Assembly (NCBI GenBank): GCA_023433445.1
Contig: JAEZCS010000058.1
Span: forward strand, 885 to 64,884
Direction of reading: 5' to 3'
DNA length: 64,000 nucleotides
DNA from: Pseudomonadota bacterium
Lineage (GTDB): Bacteria; Pseudomonadota; Alphaproteobacteria; Sphingomonadales; Sphingomonadaceae
Shown: piece after piece, positions 28,119 to 36,881 of the stretch
Numbering within the stretch: the stretch's first letter is position 1
Layout of the letters: each line of letters begins with the position of its first letter
The notes under the pieces: generated by a model
Database searches by the model: none
The model's input: the letters and a program-made list of their open reading frames with translations, nothing else
What the model was told of the DNA's origin: nothing
Program-made: the position numbers and the translations under genes

Positions 28119-28708
28119 GACTTATCCCTGCTCATGAGACCAACAGAACGGCCTTCCGCTAACCCGTGCACTACGTAATGGTGCAAGGGCTCTACGCCTT
28201 CTGCTGCAACATCAGGGTTGGCAGCCAAATAAGCTGCTTCATCAAATATGGCACGAGAAGCGAGCTTGTTCAGCAATCTGCGCTTAAGTACCGAGCCAGG
28301 CAAAAATTGTCCGGGCGTACGGGAAAGGCTCCTGAGCACCGACAGCAAAACCTGTGTCAGCCAATCAACTCGCCGTTCTAGATTAGCTATAAGCCGATCC
28401 CTTTCCCAGATCATTTCAGTAAGAGCAGCAATTTCCCTGACACGCTCATCTATAAGACTGTCACGCTCGATTGTCGGCCGCTGCACGGCGAGGAAATCCG
28501 CATTGCGCACCGTTGCTCGCTCATGCAGCCGAGCCATTTCCTTTTCCCTATTCGCAAGGGAATGTGTCAATTTCGCCACTTCCTCTCGCAAGGATGCCTC
28601 AGTGTCATTCATTAGCGGAACCGGCGTATTGTGCTCAAAAGCGGGAGATTCTGACGAGTTAGGCATGAGGACACCTTGTAGACTAGAATGCCATAGTGCG
28701 TTGCACAA
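28115..28708 (-). CDS. hypothetical coiled-coil protein with C-terminal NPDVA..HY..G..EGR motif
   Basis: 197-aa ORF with a 4-nt overlap with the RgpF-like gene. It has a coiled-coil middle and ends ..AYLAANPDVAAEGVEPLHHYVVHGLAEGRS. The probable start is MPNSSES (28666). Confidence 0.45.
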   Translation of the reverse strand: MCNALWHSSLQGVLMPNSSESPAFEHNTPVPLMNDTEASLREEVAKLTHSLANREKEMARLHERATVRNADFLAVQRPTIERDSLIDERVREIAALTEMIWERDRLIANLERRVDWLTQVLLSVLRSLSRTPGQFLPGSVLKRRLLNKLASRAIFDEAAYLAANPDVAAEGVEPLHHYVVHGLAEGRSVGLMSRDKS

Positions 28709-28793
28709 AAATTTGACGGAGTGAAGCGTTAGTGGGAGCCAGAGACGTCGAAAACCCGAGCAAATGACGCATGAACTGCGGCTTCTTGAGCGT

Positions 28794-29753
28794 TCACTTT
28801 GATCCCTTCAACAGCCGCATCAGGCGCCGTCGGAAAGACACTCGGCGGGCCTTCATCTCGTGTGAGGTTAAACTCTCTAGTATTTCACCAGCGTATGTAC
28901 TTTTTCGGCATAATCCATCATTTATTGCAGTCACGTTTCTCAGATCAAGATGCCCTAACGTCTCATCTGAAAATGCAGGCGTGTAATAAATGCAGTCATC
29001 AAAATAGTAATGTGTTACCTGTGACCATCGGGTTAATCTTTCATTATACTGTCGGCTGCCTCCATGAAGCAAATTTGCACACCATATTATCGTCTGCCCT
29101 TTTCGAGCTACAAAGGTTTCTTTCTGTGAACTCTGCGCATCACACAGCGCTCGCCAAGCAGGTTCAAATGGCTCTTGAGCAGATGTCGACAAACTGCCGT
29201 ATCCGCGCCGTCCGATCAGCGCGTTAGTGATGATCGGCCAGCGATGGGAACCCGGATAATAAAATAGCGGGCCTGCATCAGGATCCACATCCTCCATTGC
29301 CAGCCAGACTCCGCACATGAAGCGCTCAGGCAAGCTGGAAAAATGGACCGAGTCCGAATGAGCTTCCTGCTGGGTACCGACTGGGAAGTTCAGCGTCTGG
29401 AACGGAAAAGCCCTACGGCCGTACAGCTTACTTAGCAGGTCTAGAATCGCATCGTTCGACGCAATCGCTCGGACATCCTCATCGAATGTCCATGCATCCT
29501 GAATGCGGCGTTCTCCTAAAGTTTTGTTACTTTGCGGATTTTCGAAATTAATCCCATAGCGTGGCGCCAAGTGGCGCTTGATCCGATCTATCCGCGCATC
29601 AAGATCTGGATCTGGAAAATCGAAAACCGCATAGCCTTTCTCATATAAGCTGGTAGCAATTCCCTCCTCCACCGGGGTTAACCCTTGCGACGCCTTAAGC
29701 GCCGGGAACAAAGGAGACTCGATCAGTGGCAAGCCTGGAAGGACATTGGTCAC
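28794..29753 (-). CDS. phytanoyl-CoA dioxygenase (PhyH)-family Fe(II)/2-oxoglutarate oxygenase-like protein
   Basis: ..QEAHSDSVHFSS.. (HxD), ..GPLFYYPGSHRW.., ..WCANLLHGGS.. fit the PhyH facial-triad layout. The assignment is from motif recall. Confidence 0.6.
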   Translation of the reverse strand: MTNVLPGLPLIESPLFPALKASQGLTPVEEGIATSLYEKGYAVFDFPDPDLDARIDRIKRHLAPRYGINFENPQSNKTLGERRIQDAWTFDEDVRAIASNDAILDLLSKLYGRRAFPFQTLNFPVGTQQEAHSDSVHFSSLPERFMCGVWLAMEDVDPDAGPLFYYPGSHRWPIITNALIGRRGYGSLSTSAQEPFEPAWRALCDAQSSQKETFVARKGQTIIWCANLLHGGSRQYNERLTRWSQVTHYYFDDCIYYTPAFSDETLGHLDLRNVTAINDGLCRKSTYAGEILESLTSHEMKARRVSFRRRLMRLLKGSK

Positions 29754-29799
29754 AGCTCATCAGCCCTTCTGTTTAGGCAATGGACGATATGCGCGATCA

Positions 29800-30588
29800 T
29801 TACCCTCGACCTATCCCCATTAGATGCTTCATGCGATCGAAAATCATTCGCGCCATGCGTAGGGAGCCGCCCGATCCACGTCCCATATCTTTTAAAATGG
29901 TGGGAAAATCATGTCGGATTGTGCCGCAGTCATCCAGAGTACGATAAATTTCCCAGAAGGCGTCATTCCCGACTGTGTGGGGCATATTCCACACACCATG
30001 ATAGCCGAAGCAGGTCTTCAAACTGCCACATCGCTCGGCCGCGAAGAGATTAGCGAGTTCCCGTGGCGCAAAGCGGAATCCCCTACCCTCCAACCAACGA
30101 CGGTTTCCTCGACCAATAGCTAGATCTTCGGGATGAGAGGTATGGAACTGAGGGTGCCTGCAAGCTTCCATCAGCCGCCGGCTACGCAAAGAAAATCCTC
30201 CGTTTCCAACATCATGGCCATCGTCAAACTGCGGCCAGCTCGCGCCGATATAGTCATAATCGAGAAACTCCCAACGCCATCTTCCCGCATCGACCACATG
30301 GCCGTCCCACTGCGCTACGAGGCAATAAGGTGTCTCTACATAATCCACCATCCGCGACAGCAGAAAATGGGAATAAGCCGCTGCAGAGTCTAGTCGCGCG
30401 ATCGGCACGACCGAAATGCTGGGATGCACGGGTTCTACTGCCGCGTCGGTGAACAGCTTGCACGCCGCGAAATCGATTTGGGCTAGGCTAACCTCCAAGG
30501 CGCGGAGCGTAGCCTTCACATTCACCGAAGTGGCTGCGCACAACGTCACCTGTGGCAATGAAAGTCGATTAGAGAGCGTAACTGCCAT
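29800..30588 (-). CDS. DUF5672-like protein (putative glycosyltransferase-fold)
   Basis: ..VTLCAATSVNVKATLRALEVSLAQIDFAACKLFTD..YSHFLLSRMVDYVETPYCLVAQWDGHV..DYIGA.W..GNGGFSLRS is the pattern I associate with DUF5672. Confidence 0.5.
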   Translation of the reverse strand: MAVTLSNRLSLPQVTLCAATSVNVKATLRALEVSLAQIDFAACKLFTDAAVEPVHPSISVVPIARLDSAAAYSHFLLSRMVDYVETPYCLVAQWDGHVVDAGRWRWEFLDYDYIGASWPQFDDGHDVGNGGFSLRSRRLMEACRHPQFHTSHPEDLAIGRGNRRWLEGRGFRFAPRELANLFAAERCGSLKTCFGYHGVWNMPHTVGNDAFWEIYRTLDDCGTIRHDFPTILKDMGRGSGGSLRMARMIFDRMKHLMGIGRG

Positions 30589-30596
30589 GGCCCGCC

Positions 30597-32273
30597 CTAC
30601 AGCTTCACCACAAAGCGTTCGCTAACGCGGCTAAGCTCAGGATGATGAAAAGGATCTGTTCTATCCTCCGTACGCCATAGCCGTTTAAGCGCCGCAAGCT
30701 CCTTGGCGAGCCGCGCTGCGCCCACTGGATCGCGGTCTTGGCCGCGGGAAACTGATTCATGATGGATCAGCGTTGCGCGGGGCTCATAAAGCGACTGCCA
30801 GCCCCGCTGATTGAGGCGCAGGCACAGGTCGACATCATTGAACGCGACTGAAAAATTGCTTTCGTCCAAGCCGTTGACTGCCAAGAAACGCTCCCGCACT
30901 ACTACCAGACAGGCCGCCGTTACCGCCGAAACAAACTGCGGCAGCGCGTGACGGTGAAAATAGCCTTCCTTAGCGGGATTAAGCAGTCGGTGGGCATGCC
31001 CTGCTGCGCCGCCCATGCCAATTACCACCCCGGCATGCTGTATGCGCCCATCGGGATAGAGCAGCCGCGCTCCCACCGCACCGACATCCTCGCGGATGGC
31101 CTGAGCAGCCATCGAGGCCAGCCAGTTAGGCTCGATCACCTCAATGTCGTTGTTAAGCAAGCACAACAGCCGGCCACTCGCCTGTTCTACAGCTCGATTG
31201 TTGATTGCAGAGTAGTTGAACGCGCCCGCATGTCGCAGAACCCGATGACGCGCTGGATCAAGACCAGCAAGAAAATCCAATGTCCAGGGATCATCACTGT
31301 CATTGTCCACAACAATGATCTCGATATTAGGGTATTCTGTCGCTGCGATGCCATTCAGACATGTTTGGAGCAGGTCCACACGATTGCGCGTAGGGATGAT
31401 GATGCTAACCGGAGGCAAGTCCCGCGTCGGGAGCTCGACAGCTGCTGGCACCCTCGGGCGAGGACGCGTTCTGCGGTGGTGCAACATTTCGCGCACATGC
31501 AATGGCGCTTCCTGCTTTGCTGAATGTATAATGAGATGCTGGGCCCAATCTCTGATTCCTACGACCCCCTCCAGTTCATGCTGCGATGCGCGGAGGATGC
31601 AGGCACCCGAAAGATAGTCGAAATGGCGGAACAGCTCTCTGTTCCAATCCGGTTTAAAATGGGGCGAGGTACGACGCCCTCTTTTGTCCAGCAAGTCATC
31701 GTCGGCATAGACAATCCGGGTTTCCGCCCGGATGTTTGAACTCCGATAGCTCCTTACTGCTCCCGGCGCGAGCCTATCGCCGGAGGATAGTGGCATGAGC
31801 CAAGGGCCTTCGTTCCAGTCGATCAGGTGGGCAGCGTCGACTAATTCCGGTGTATCACTCGAGCCAATTAGAAACGCTTGCACACCTTCGGCTGACAGAC
31901 TGCTCAGAGTTTCATCTAATCTCTCCTGCCCTGCCCTGAGGTCGATCAACGCTACAATCGGGAACCCCGCATCTGTCACAGGATTGGTAGGCTCTCCCCG
32001 GTCCTCTCGAAGCAACCACAAATCATAAGCTTTTCGTGAAGCCCCAAGCAACGGTGCCAACTGGCTGCGTGAACGAAGCCACTTCCGACGCAGCCACCAC
32101 CATAAGGCAGTCAGATAAGCACGAGGAGCGTGTCGGAAAGCATCAAAATGAACCGACAGCTTTATCCAGAAACCGGAACCTTTTGTGAGATATCGATCTG
32201 TACGGTTCGACTGCATGGCCGGCGGCGATAGCGGATTGGAGGGCAGGAACAAAGAAAAAGCAGACGTTCGCAC
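30597..32273 (-). CDS. glycosyltransferase family 2 (rhamnosyltransferase-like)
   Basis: ..PPVSIIIPTRNRVDLLQTCLNGI..IEIIVVDNDSDD..LLCLLNNDIEV..NGLDESNFSVAFNDVDLCLRL.. are GT-A fold GT2 motifs (DxD, ED). Confidence 0.8.
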   Translation of the reverse strand: MRTSAFSLFLPSNPLSPPAMQSNRTDRYLTKGSGFWIKLSVHFDAFRHAPRAYLTALWWWLRRKWLRSRSQLAPLLGASRKAYDLWLLREDRGEPTNPVTDAGFPIVALIDLRAGQERLDETLSSLSAEGVQAFLIGSSDTPELVDAAHLIDWNEGPWLMPLSSGDRLAPGAVRSYRSSNIRAETRIVYADDDLLDKRGRRTSPHFKPDWNRELFRHFDYLSGACILRASQHELEGVVGIRDWAQHLIIHSAKQEAPLHVREMLHHRRTRPRPRVPAAVELPTRDLPPVSIIIPTRNRVDLLQTCLNGIAATEYPNIEIIVVDNDSDDPWTLDFLAGLDPARHRVLRHAGAFNYSAINNRAVEQASGRLLCLLNNDIEVIEPNWLASMAAQAIREDVGAVGARLLYPDGRIQHAGVVIGMGGAAGHAHRLLNPAKEGYFHRHALPQFVSAVTAACLVVVRERFLAVNGLDESNFSVAFNDVDLCLRLNQRGWQSLYEPRATLIHHESVSRGQDRDPVGAARLAKELAALKRLWRTEDRTDPFHHPELSRVSERFVVKL

Positions 32274-32312
32274 ACAGAAGATTTTGTAGTACTCACGCCC
32301 TAGCGATGTCCA

Positions 32313-32367
32313 AGATACTAGATAGGTACCATTGACGTGATAGCCACCAGATAGCTAGATGGTATCC
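32313..32367. repeat. AT-rich composite motif cluster, copy B, immediately upstream of parA
   Basis: AGATACTAGATAGGTACC (32313-32330) and GATAGCCACCAGATAGCTAGATGGTATCC (32339-32367) lie 17 nt before the parA ATG. Confidence 0.6.
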
Positions 32368-32383
32368 GAAGGGGGAAGCTATC

Positions 32384-33079
32384 ATGCCCACAGTCGCATT
32401 CATCAGCCCTAAGGGCGGCGTCGGCAAGACCACCGCAGCACTCCTGCTCGCGTCCGAAATCGCGCGCGGCGCTAATGTGACGGTGATCGACGCGGATCCC
32501 AACCATCCGATCCATGCCTGGAGCAGAGGCGCTACCCTGCCCGAAAATCTCTCCGTCGTTGCAAATGTCGACGAAGACAACATCCTCGACCGCATCGAGG
32601 AAGCTGCGGAGCAGACGCCCTTCGTCATTGTCGACCTTGAAGGCACCGCCGCCAAGATCGTGCTGCTTGCCGTCAGTCAGGCCGATCTGGTCATCATTCC
32701 CATGCAAGGATCTCAACTCGACGCCGAGCAGGCGGGCCGCGCTATCAAGGTACTCAAACAGCATGAGAAGATGACGGGCCGCGCTGTGCCCTATGGCGTG
32801 CTGCTCACCCGCACCAGCCCGATCATCCGCACGCGGACCATGGGGCACATCCAGAGTGGCCTTAGCGACGCCGGTGTGCCGGTGTTCGCCACGCAACTTC
32901 ATGAGCGCGAGGCCTTTCGCGCAATCTTCTCGTTCCAGAAGACGCTCGAGGATCTCGACGAGAAGGATGTGCCCAATCTCGACAAGGCGATTGTCAACGC
33001 AGAGCAGTTCGCGGTCGAGGTGATTGAGCGCCTGCGGGACAGCCGGAGCGCGACTGCAACCAAGACGGAGATGGCATGA
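32384..33079 (+). CDS. parA: plasmid partition ATPase ParA (small, type Ib-like)
   Basis: MPTVAFISPKGGVGKTTAALLLASEIA carries the deviant Walker A KGGxGKT. The 231-aa length and ..FVIVDLEGTA.. (Walker B region) also fit. Confidence 0.92.
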   Translation: MPTVAFISPKGGVGKTTAALLLASEIARGANVTVIDADPNHPIHAWSRGATLPENLSVVANVDEDNILDRIEEAAEQTPFVIVDLEGTAAKIVLLAVSQADLVIIPMQGSQLDAEQAGRAIKVLKQHEKMTGRAVPYGVLLTRTSPIIRTRTMGHIQSGLSDAGVPVFATQLHEREAFRAIFSFQKTLEDLDEKDVPNLDKAIVNAEQFAVEVIERLRDSRSATATKTEMA

Positions 33080-33399
33080 TGAGCAGAGCCAACCCTTTTG
33101 GCGATCTGGACGATTTTGCACCGGAAGCCCCTTCCCGCCCTATTGCGCCCGAAGCGATCGACCAGCTCGCACAGGTGAGCGGCTTTCCGAGCCGTAAGGC
33201 ACAAAGCGCTCCCTCCCCTGCCCCGACGCGCCAGCCTCGACGTCACACAACTGGGCGCAATCGCCAGATCAACATCAAGGCTACAGAGGAAACGATCACG
33301 ACGCTCTACAGCATCGCTGATGACATGAACCTTCCGCTGGGTGCGGTGCTGGAGCAAGCCCTCGCGGCCTTAGCCGAGAAGCAGAAGGGCGGCGCCTGA
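33076..33399 (+). CDS. small ribbon-helix-helix partition/centromere-binding protein (ParG/ParB-like)
   Basis: 107 aa with a 4-nt overlap with parA. It has a disordered N-terminus and a C-terminal RNRQINIKATEETITTLYSIADDMNLPLGAVLEQALAALAEK, a beta-strand plus two helices typical of RHH. Confidence 0.65.
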   Translation: MMSRANPFGDLDDFAPEAPSRPIAPEAIDQLAQVSGFPSRKAQSAPSPAPTRQPRRHTTGRNRQINIKATEETITTLYSIADDMNLPLGAVLEQALAALAEKQKGGA

Positions 33400-33400
33400 A

Positions 33401-33444
33401 TATCGAATAGCTATCGGGTACCTGATGGATATCCGATAGCTATC
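33401..33444. repeat. AT-rich composite motif cluster, copy C, immediately downstream of the RHH gene
   Basis: TATCGAATAGCTATCGGGTACCTGATGGATATCCGATAGCTATC starts 2 nt after the stop codon. Confidence 0.6.
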
Positions 33445-33501
33445 TTGACGAACTGCATATATTCAGGAGGAGACGCCATCAGGGCATCGCTCCTCCCAGG
33501 C

Positions 33502-34797
33502 TCACGCGGCGGCGGACAGTGCCTGGTCGATGTCAGCCAGAATATCGCTGATATGCTCGATCCCTATGGAGAGACGGACGTAACCCGGTGATACACCGGA
33601 CGCGAGTTGCTCAGCCTCGTTCAGCTGTGAGTGGGTCGTGGAGCCAGGATGGATCGCCAGGCTTCGCGCGTCACCAATATTCGCGACATGATAGAAAAGC
33701 TGTAAGGCATCGATAAAGCGTCGTCCTGCAGCGAGCCCGCCGGCCAGTTCGAAGCCAACAAGACCGCCCTGCCCGCCTGTCAGATAACGATCCGCCAACT
33801 CGCGTGCGCGCCCTTCCTGCTGTGAGGGATGGATCACTCGAGTGACCGCGGGATGCCGCGCCAGATGTTCGGCCACGCTGACCGCATTGGCGCAATGCCG
33901 CTCCATGCGCAGCGCGACGGTCTCGATACCCTGGATCAGCTGGAAGGCGTTGAAGGGCGAGAGCGCCGCGCCAAGGTCGCGCAACAGGATGACCCTTGCC
34001 CGCAAAACATAGGCGATGGGGCCAAGCGGCTTTGCCGCCTCCGCCCAGACCGCGCCATGATAGGAGGGATCGGGCGTGTTGAGCAACGGCTGCCGGTCCG
34101 GGAAAGCCGCCCAGTCGAAATTGCCGCCATCGACAATCAGGCCGCCAATCGACGTGCCATGACCGCCCAGATATTTGGTTGCGGAATAGACCACCACCGC
34201 CGCGCCATGGTCGAACGGCCGACACAGCAGCGGCGCTGCCGTATTGTCCATGATGAGCGGGATGCCCTGTTCCCGCCCGATGGCGGCCACATCCGCGATC
34301 GGGAACACCTCCAGTTTCGGATTGGGCAGGGTCTCGGCATAATAGGCGCGGGTGCGCGCATCGGTTGCGCGGCGAAAATTTTCAGGATCGGACGGATCGA
34401 CGAAGCGCACTTCGATACCCTGATCCTTGAGCGTGTTGGCGAACAGATTGTAGGTGCCGCCGTAAAGAGCCGTCGAACTGACGATATTGTCGCCAGCGCG
34501 CGCCAGATTCTGGATCGCATAGGCCGAAGCCGCCTGCCCCGACGCCACCGCCAGGGCTGCTGCACCGCCCTCCAGCGCAGCAATGCGCTTTTCCAGCACA
34601 TCGGTCGTGGGATTCATGATCCGGGTATTGATGTTCCCCATTTCCTGCAGCGCGAAGAGCGACGCTGCATGATCGGCATCGCTGAACTGGTAGGAGGTCG
34701 TCTGATGAATGGGCACCGCGACCGAACCCGTCGTCGGATCGGCCCGCCAACCTGCATGAACGGCAAGCGTTTCCGGTCTTGGCCTCGTTTCAGACAT
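33502..34797 (-). CDS. metY: O-acetylhomoserine sulfhydrylase / aminocarboxypropyltransferase (PLP, MetY family)
   Basis: MSETRPRPETLAVHAGWRADPTTGSVAVPIHQTTSYQF..NPTTDVLEKRIAALEGG..YSATKYLGGHG (PLP Lys). The start is set at the ATG at 34797; the track ORF extends to 34857. Confidence 0.9.
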   Translation of the reverse strand: MSETRPRPETLAVHAGWRADPTTGSVAVPIHQTTSYQFSDADHAASLFALQEMGNINTRIMNPTTDVLEKRIAALEGGAAALAVASGQAASAYAIQNLARAGDNIVSSTALYGGTYNLFANTLKDQGIEVRFVDPSDPENFRRATDARTRAYYAETLPNPKLEVFPIADVAAIGREQGIPLIMDNTAAPLLCRPFDHGAAVVVYSATKYLGGHGTSIGGLIVDGGNFDWAAFPDRQPLLNTPDPSYHGAVWAEAAKPLGPIAYVLRARVILLRDLGAALSPFNAFQLIQGIETVALRMERHCANAVSVAEHLARHPAVTRVIHPSQQEGRARELADRYLTGGQGGLVGFELAGGLAAGRRFIDALQLFYHVANIGDARSLAIHPGSTTHSQLNEAEQLASGVSPGYVRLSIGIEHISDILADIDQALSAAA

Positions 34798-34987
34798 ATA
34801 AACTCCGTGGAATGAAAGACGAACCTCCAGGGTGGCTTTGAAGGCCAGCGAAAGCAAGACATGCCGACCCTTGGCACCGCTTACACGCAGAGAGGCGCAA
34901 GCTGACTGGCTTAAAGCGCCAGCCTAAGTAGAAGGCTTCCTTCCGCGGGCCGACGGGCTCGCTTAGAGCGCACGGGAGTTTTCAATC

Positions 34988-36592
34988 TTGCTTCTCACCC
35001 GCTTCAGCGCCCTTGGCATCGCGCTGATCAGCACCATCGTCGCTGGCTATTATCTGCCTGGCGTCTGGGCGGTTCCCTTGTTCGTGATCGGCGCGATCCT
35101 GTCGGTGGCCGGCATCTACGACCTTTTCCAACCGCTCCATTCGGTGCGGCGCAACTATCCCATTATTGGGCGGCTGCGGTGGTATTTCGAGGATATACGC
35201 CCCGAAATTCGCCAATATCTGATCGAGGGCGAATATGACGAGACGCCCTTTTCCCGTAGCCAGCGGTCGCTGGTCTATGCGAGGTCGAAGAATGAAAGCA
35301 GCGAGCGGGCCTTTGGAACCCAGCTCGATGTTTACGGAAATGGGTATGAGTTCATCGGCCACTCGACGCGGCCTGCCCCACCGGCAGATCCTGCCACATT
35401 CCGTGTTTTGATCGGCGGGAGCGATTGCACCCAGCCCTATTCCGCATCCATCTTCAACATATCGGCGATGAGCTTTGGATCGCTCAGCGCCAATGCCATT
35501 CGCGCGCTTAATCTGGGCGCAAAGATGGGCGGCTTCGCCCATGATACGGGCGAAGGCAGCATCAGCCCCTATCACCGTGAACATGGCGGCGACCTGATAT
35601 GGGAGTTGGGAAGCGGCTATTTCGGTTGCAGGACGACTGACGGCAATTTCGATCCCGATGCCTTCGCCATCAAGGCTACCGATCCACAGGTGAAGATGGT
35701 TGAAATCAAGCTCAGCCAAGGCGCAAAGCCTGGCCATGGCGGCATCCTCCCCGGCAGCAAGGTAACGGAGGAAATTTCCCTCACCCGAGGCGTGCCCATC
35801 GGGGAAGACTGCGTCTCCCCTGCCCGCCACCGCGCCTTTTCAACGCCGATCGAAATGATGCAGTTCATCGCCCTTCTTCGGAAGCTGTCGGGCGGCAAGC
35901 CGGTGGGTTTCAAGCTCTGTATCGGCCAGCCATGGGAGTTTATGGGCATGGTGAAAGCCATGCGCGAGACGCGCATTTTCCCCGATTTCATCGTCGTGGA
36001 TGGCGCGGAAGGCGGCACTGGCGCTGCTCCCCTGGAGTTCACCGATCATCTGGGCACACCCATGCGGGAGGGGCTACTGTTCGTCCACAATACCCTAGTT
36101 GGCGCGGGTGTAAGAGACAGGATCAAGGTCGGAGCCGCTGGAAAGATCGTCAGCGCCTTCGATATCGCGGCCGCGCATGCTCTGGGGGCTGACTGGGTCA
36201 ATGCCGGGCGGGGTTTCATGTTCGCGATCGGCTGCATCCAGTCGCTGACCTGCAATACCAACCGCTGTCCTGTAGGCGTCGCGACACAAGATCCCATGCG
36301 CCAGAGGGCGCTGGTCGTGCCTGAGAAGGCGGATCGCGTCTTCCATTTCCACCGCAACACGCTGCACGCTCTTTCGGAAATGATCGCTGCAGCGGGGCTC
36401 CAGCATCCAAGCGAGATCGGGCCCCATCATCTAGTCCGGCGCGTAAGTCCAACCGAGATCCGCCTCTTTGCGCAGCTTCATACTTTCCTGATGCCGGGCG
36501 ATTTGATCTCGGGCGGAGAAGGCAATGAATTTTATCGGTCAAGCTGGAGCCTGGCGCGGGCGGACAGTTTCGATCTTGCGCGGGCAGGCTAA
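34988..36592 (+). CDS. FMN-binding glutamate synthase family protein (GltB domain-2-like, membrane-anchored)
   Basis: N-terminal TM segments are followed by ..ISAMSFGSLSANAIRALNLGAK..KLSQGAKPGHGGILPG..VVDGAEGGTGAAP..GCIQSLTCNTNRCPVGVATQD, the conserved pattern of the ~530-aa glutamate-synthase-related family. Confidence 0.85.
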   Translation: MLLTRFSALGIALISTIVAGYYLPGVWAVPLFVIGAILSVAGIYDLFQPLHSVRRNYPIIGRLRWYFEDIRPEIRQYLIEGEYDETPFSRSQRSLVYARSKNESSERAFGTQLDVYGNGYEFIGHSTRPAPPADPATFRVLIGGSDCTQPYSASIFNISAMSFGSLSANAIRALNLGAKMGGFAHDTGEGSISPYHREHGGDLIWELGSGYFGCRTTDGNFDPDAFAIKATDPQVKMVEIKLSQGAKPGHGGILPGSKVTEEISLTRGVPIGEDCVSPARHRAFSTPIEMMQFIALLRKLSGGKPVGFKLCIGQPWEFMGMVKAMRETRIFPDFIVVDGAEGGTGAAPLEFTDHLGTPMREGLLFVHNTLVGAGVRDRIKVGAAGKIVSAFDIAAAHALGADWVNAGRGFMFAIGCIQSLTCNTNRCPVGVATQDPMRQRALVVPEKADRVFHFHRNTLHALSEMIAAAGLQHPSEIGPHHLVRRVSPTEIRLFAQLHTFLMPGDLISGGEGNEFYRSSWSLARADSFDLARAG

Positions 36593-36614
36593 TAGGCTGA
36601 CGGCTGCCCCAAAA

Positions 36615-36666
36615 GGATATCCTAAAGCTACCCTAGAGATACCATTTGGATAGGTCGAGAGTATCC
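36615..36666. repeat. AT-rich composite motif cluster, copy D
   Basis: GGATATCCTAAAGCTACCCTAGAGATACCATTTGGATAGGTCGAGAGTATCC lies between two convergent 3' ends, so it is unlikely to be a promoter. Confidence 0.6.
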
Positions 36667-36881
36667 GCTTGTCCGATCATGATCGCCACAGGACGCGTTG
36701 ATCACTGACCATCGAACCTTAGGCTTCTTCATCAAAAGCCTCTCCTCCAGCGCCTTGGCCGGTGTTGCGGATGCCATAACCGCTTGCTCCCGCTGGGGAG
36801 CATTCGCGCCGCGTAGCGGTGCGTTTCATCTTCCCGGATTATGCTGCTCTTTGAGGATGGGGTGAGGGTAGAGCTGGGTTT

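Noticed and set aside
32318-33121. 267-aa minus-strand ORF
   Set aside because: It is fully antisense to parA, which has an unambiguous deviant Walker A.
34798-34987. SAM-II-type riboswitch in the metY leader
   Set aside because: Alphaproteobacterial met genes often carry one, and a hairpin (CTGGC-gctttaa-GCCAG) is present. However, I cannot recognise the conserved SAM-II core with confidence by eye. A covariance-model scan is needed, so no feature was called.
33829-35830. Long ORFs 33829..34815 (+) and 34982..35830 (-)
   Set aside because: They are antisense to metY and to the FMN glutamate-synthase-like gene respectively, both of which carry strong family motifs.
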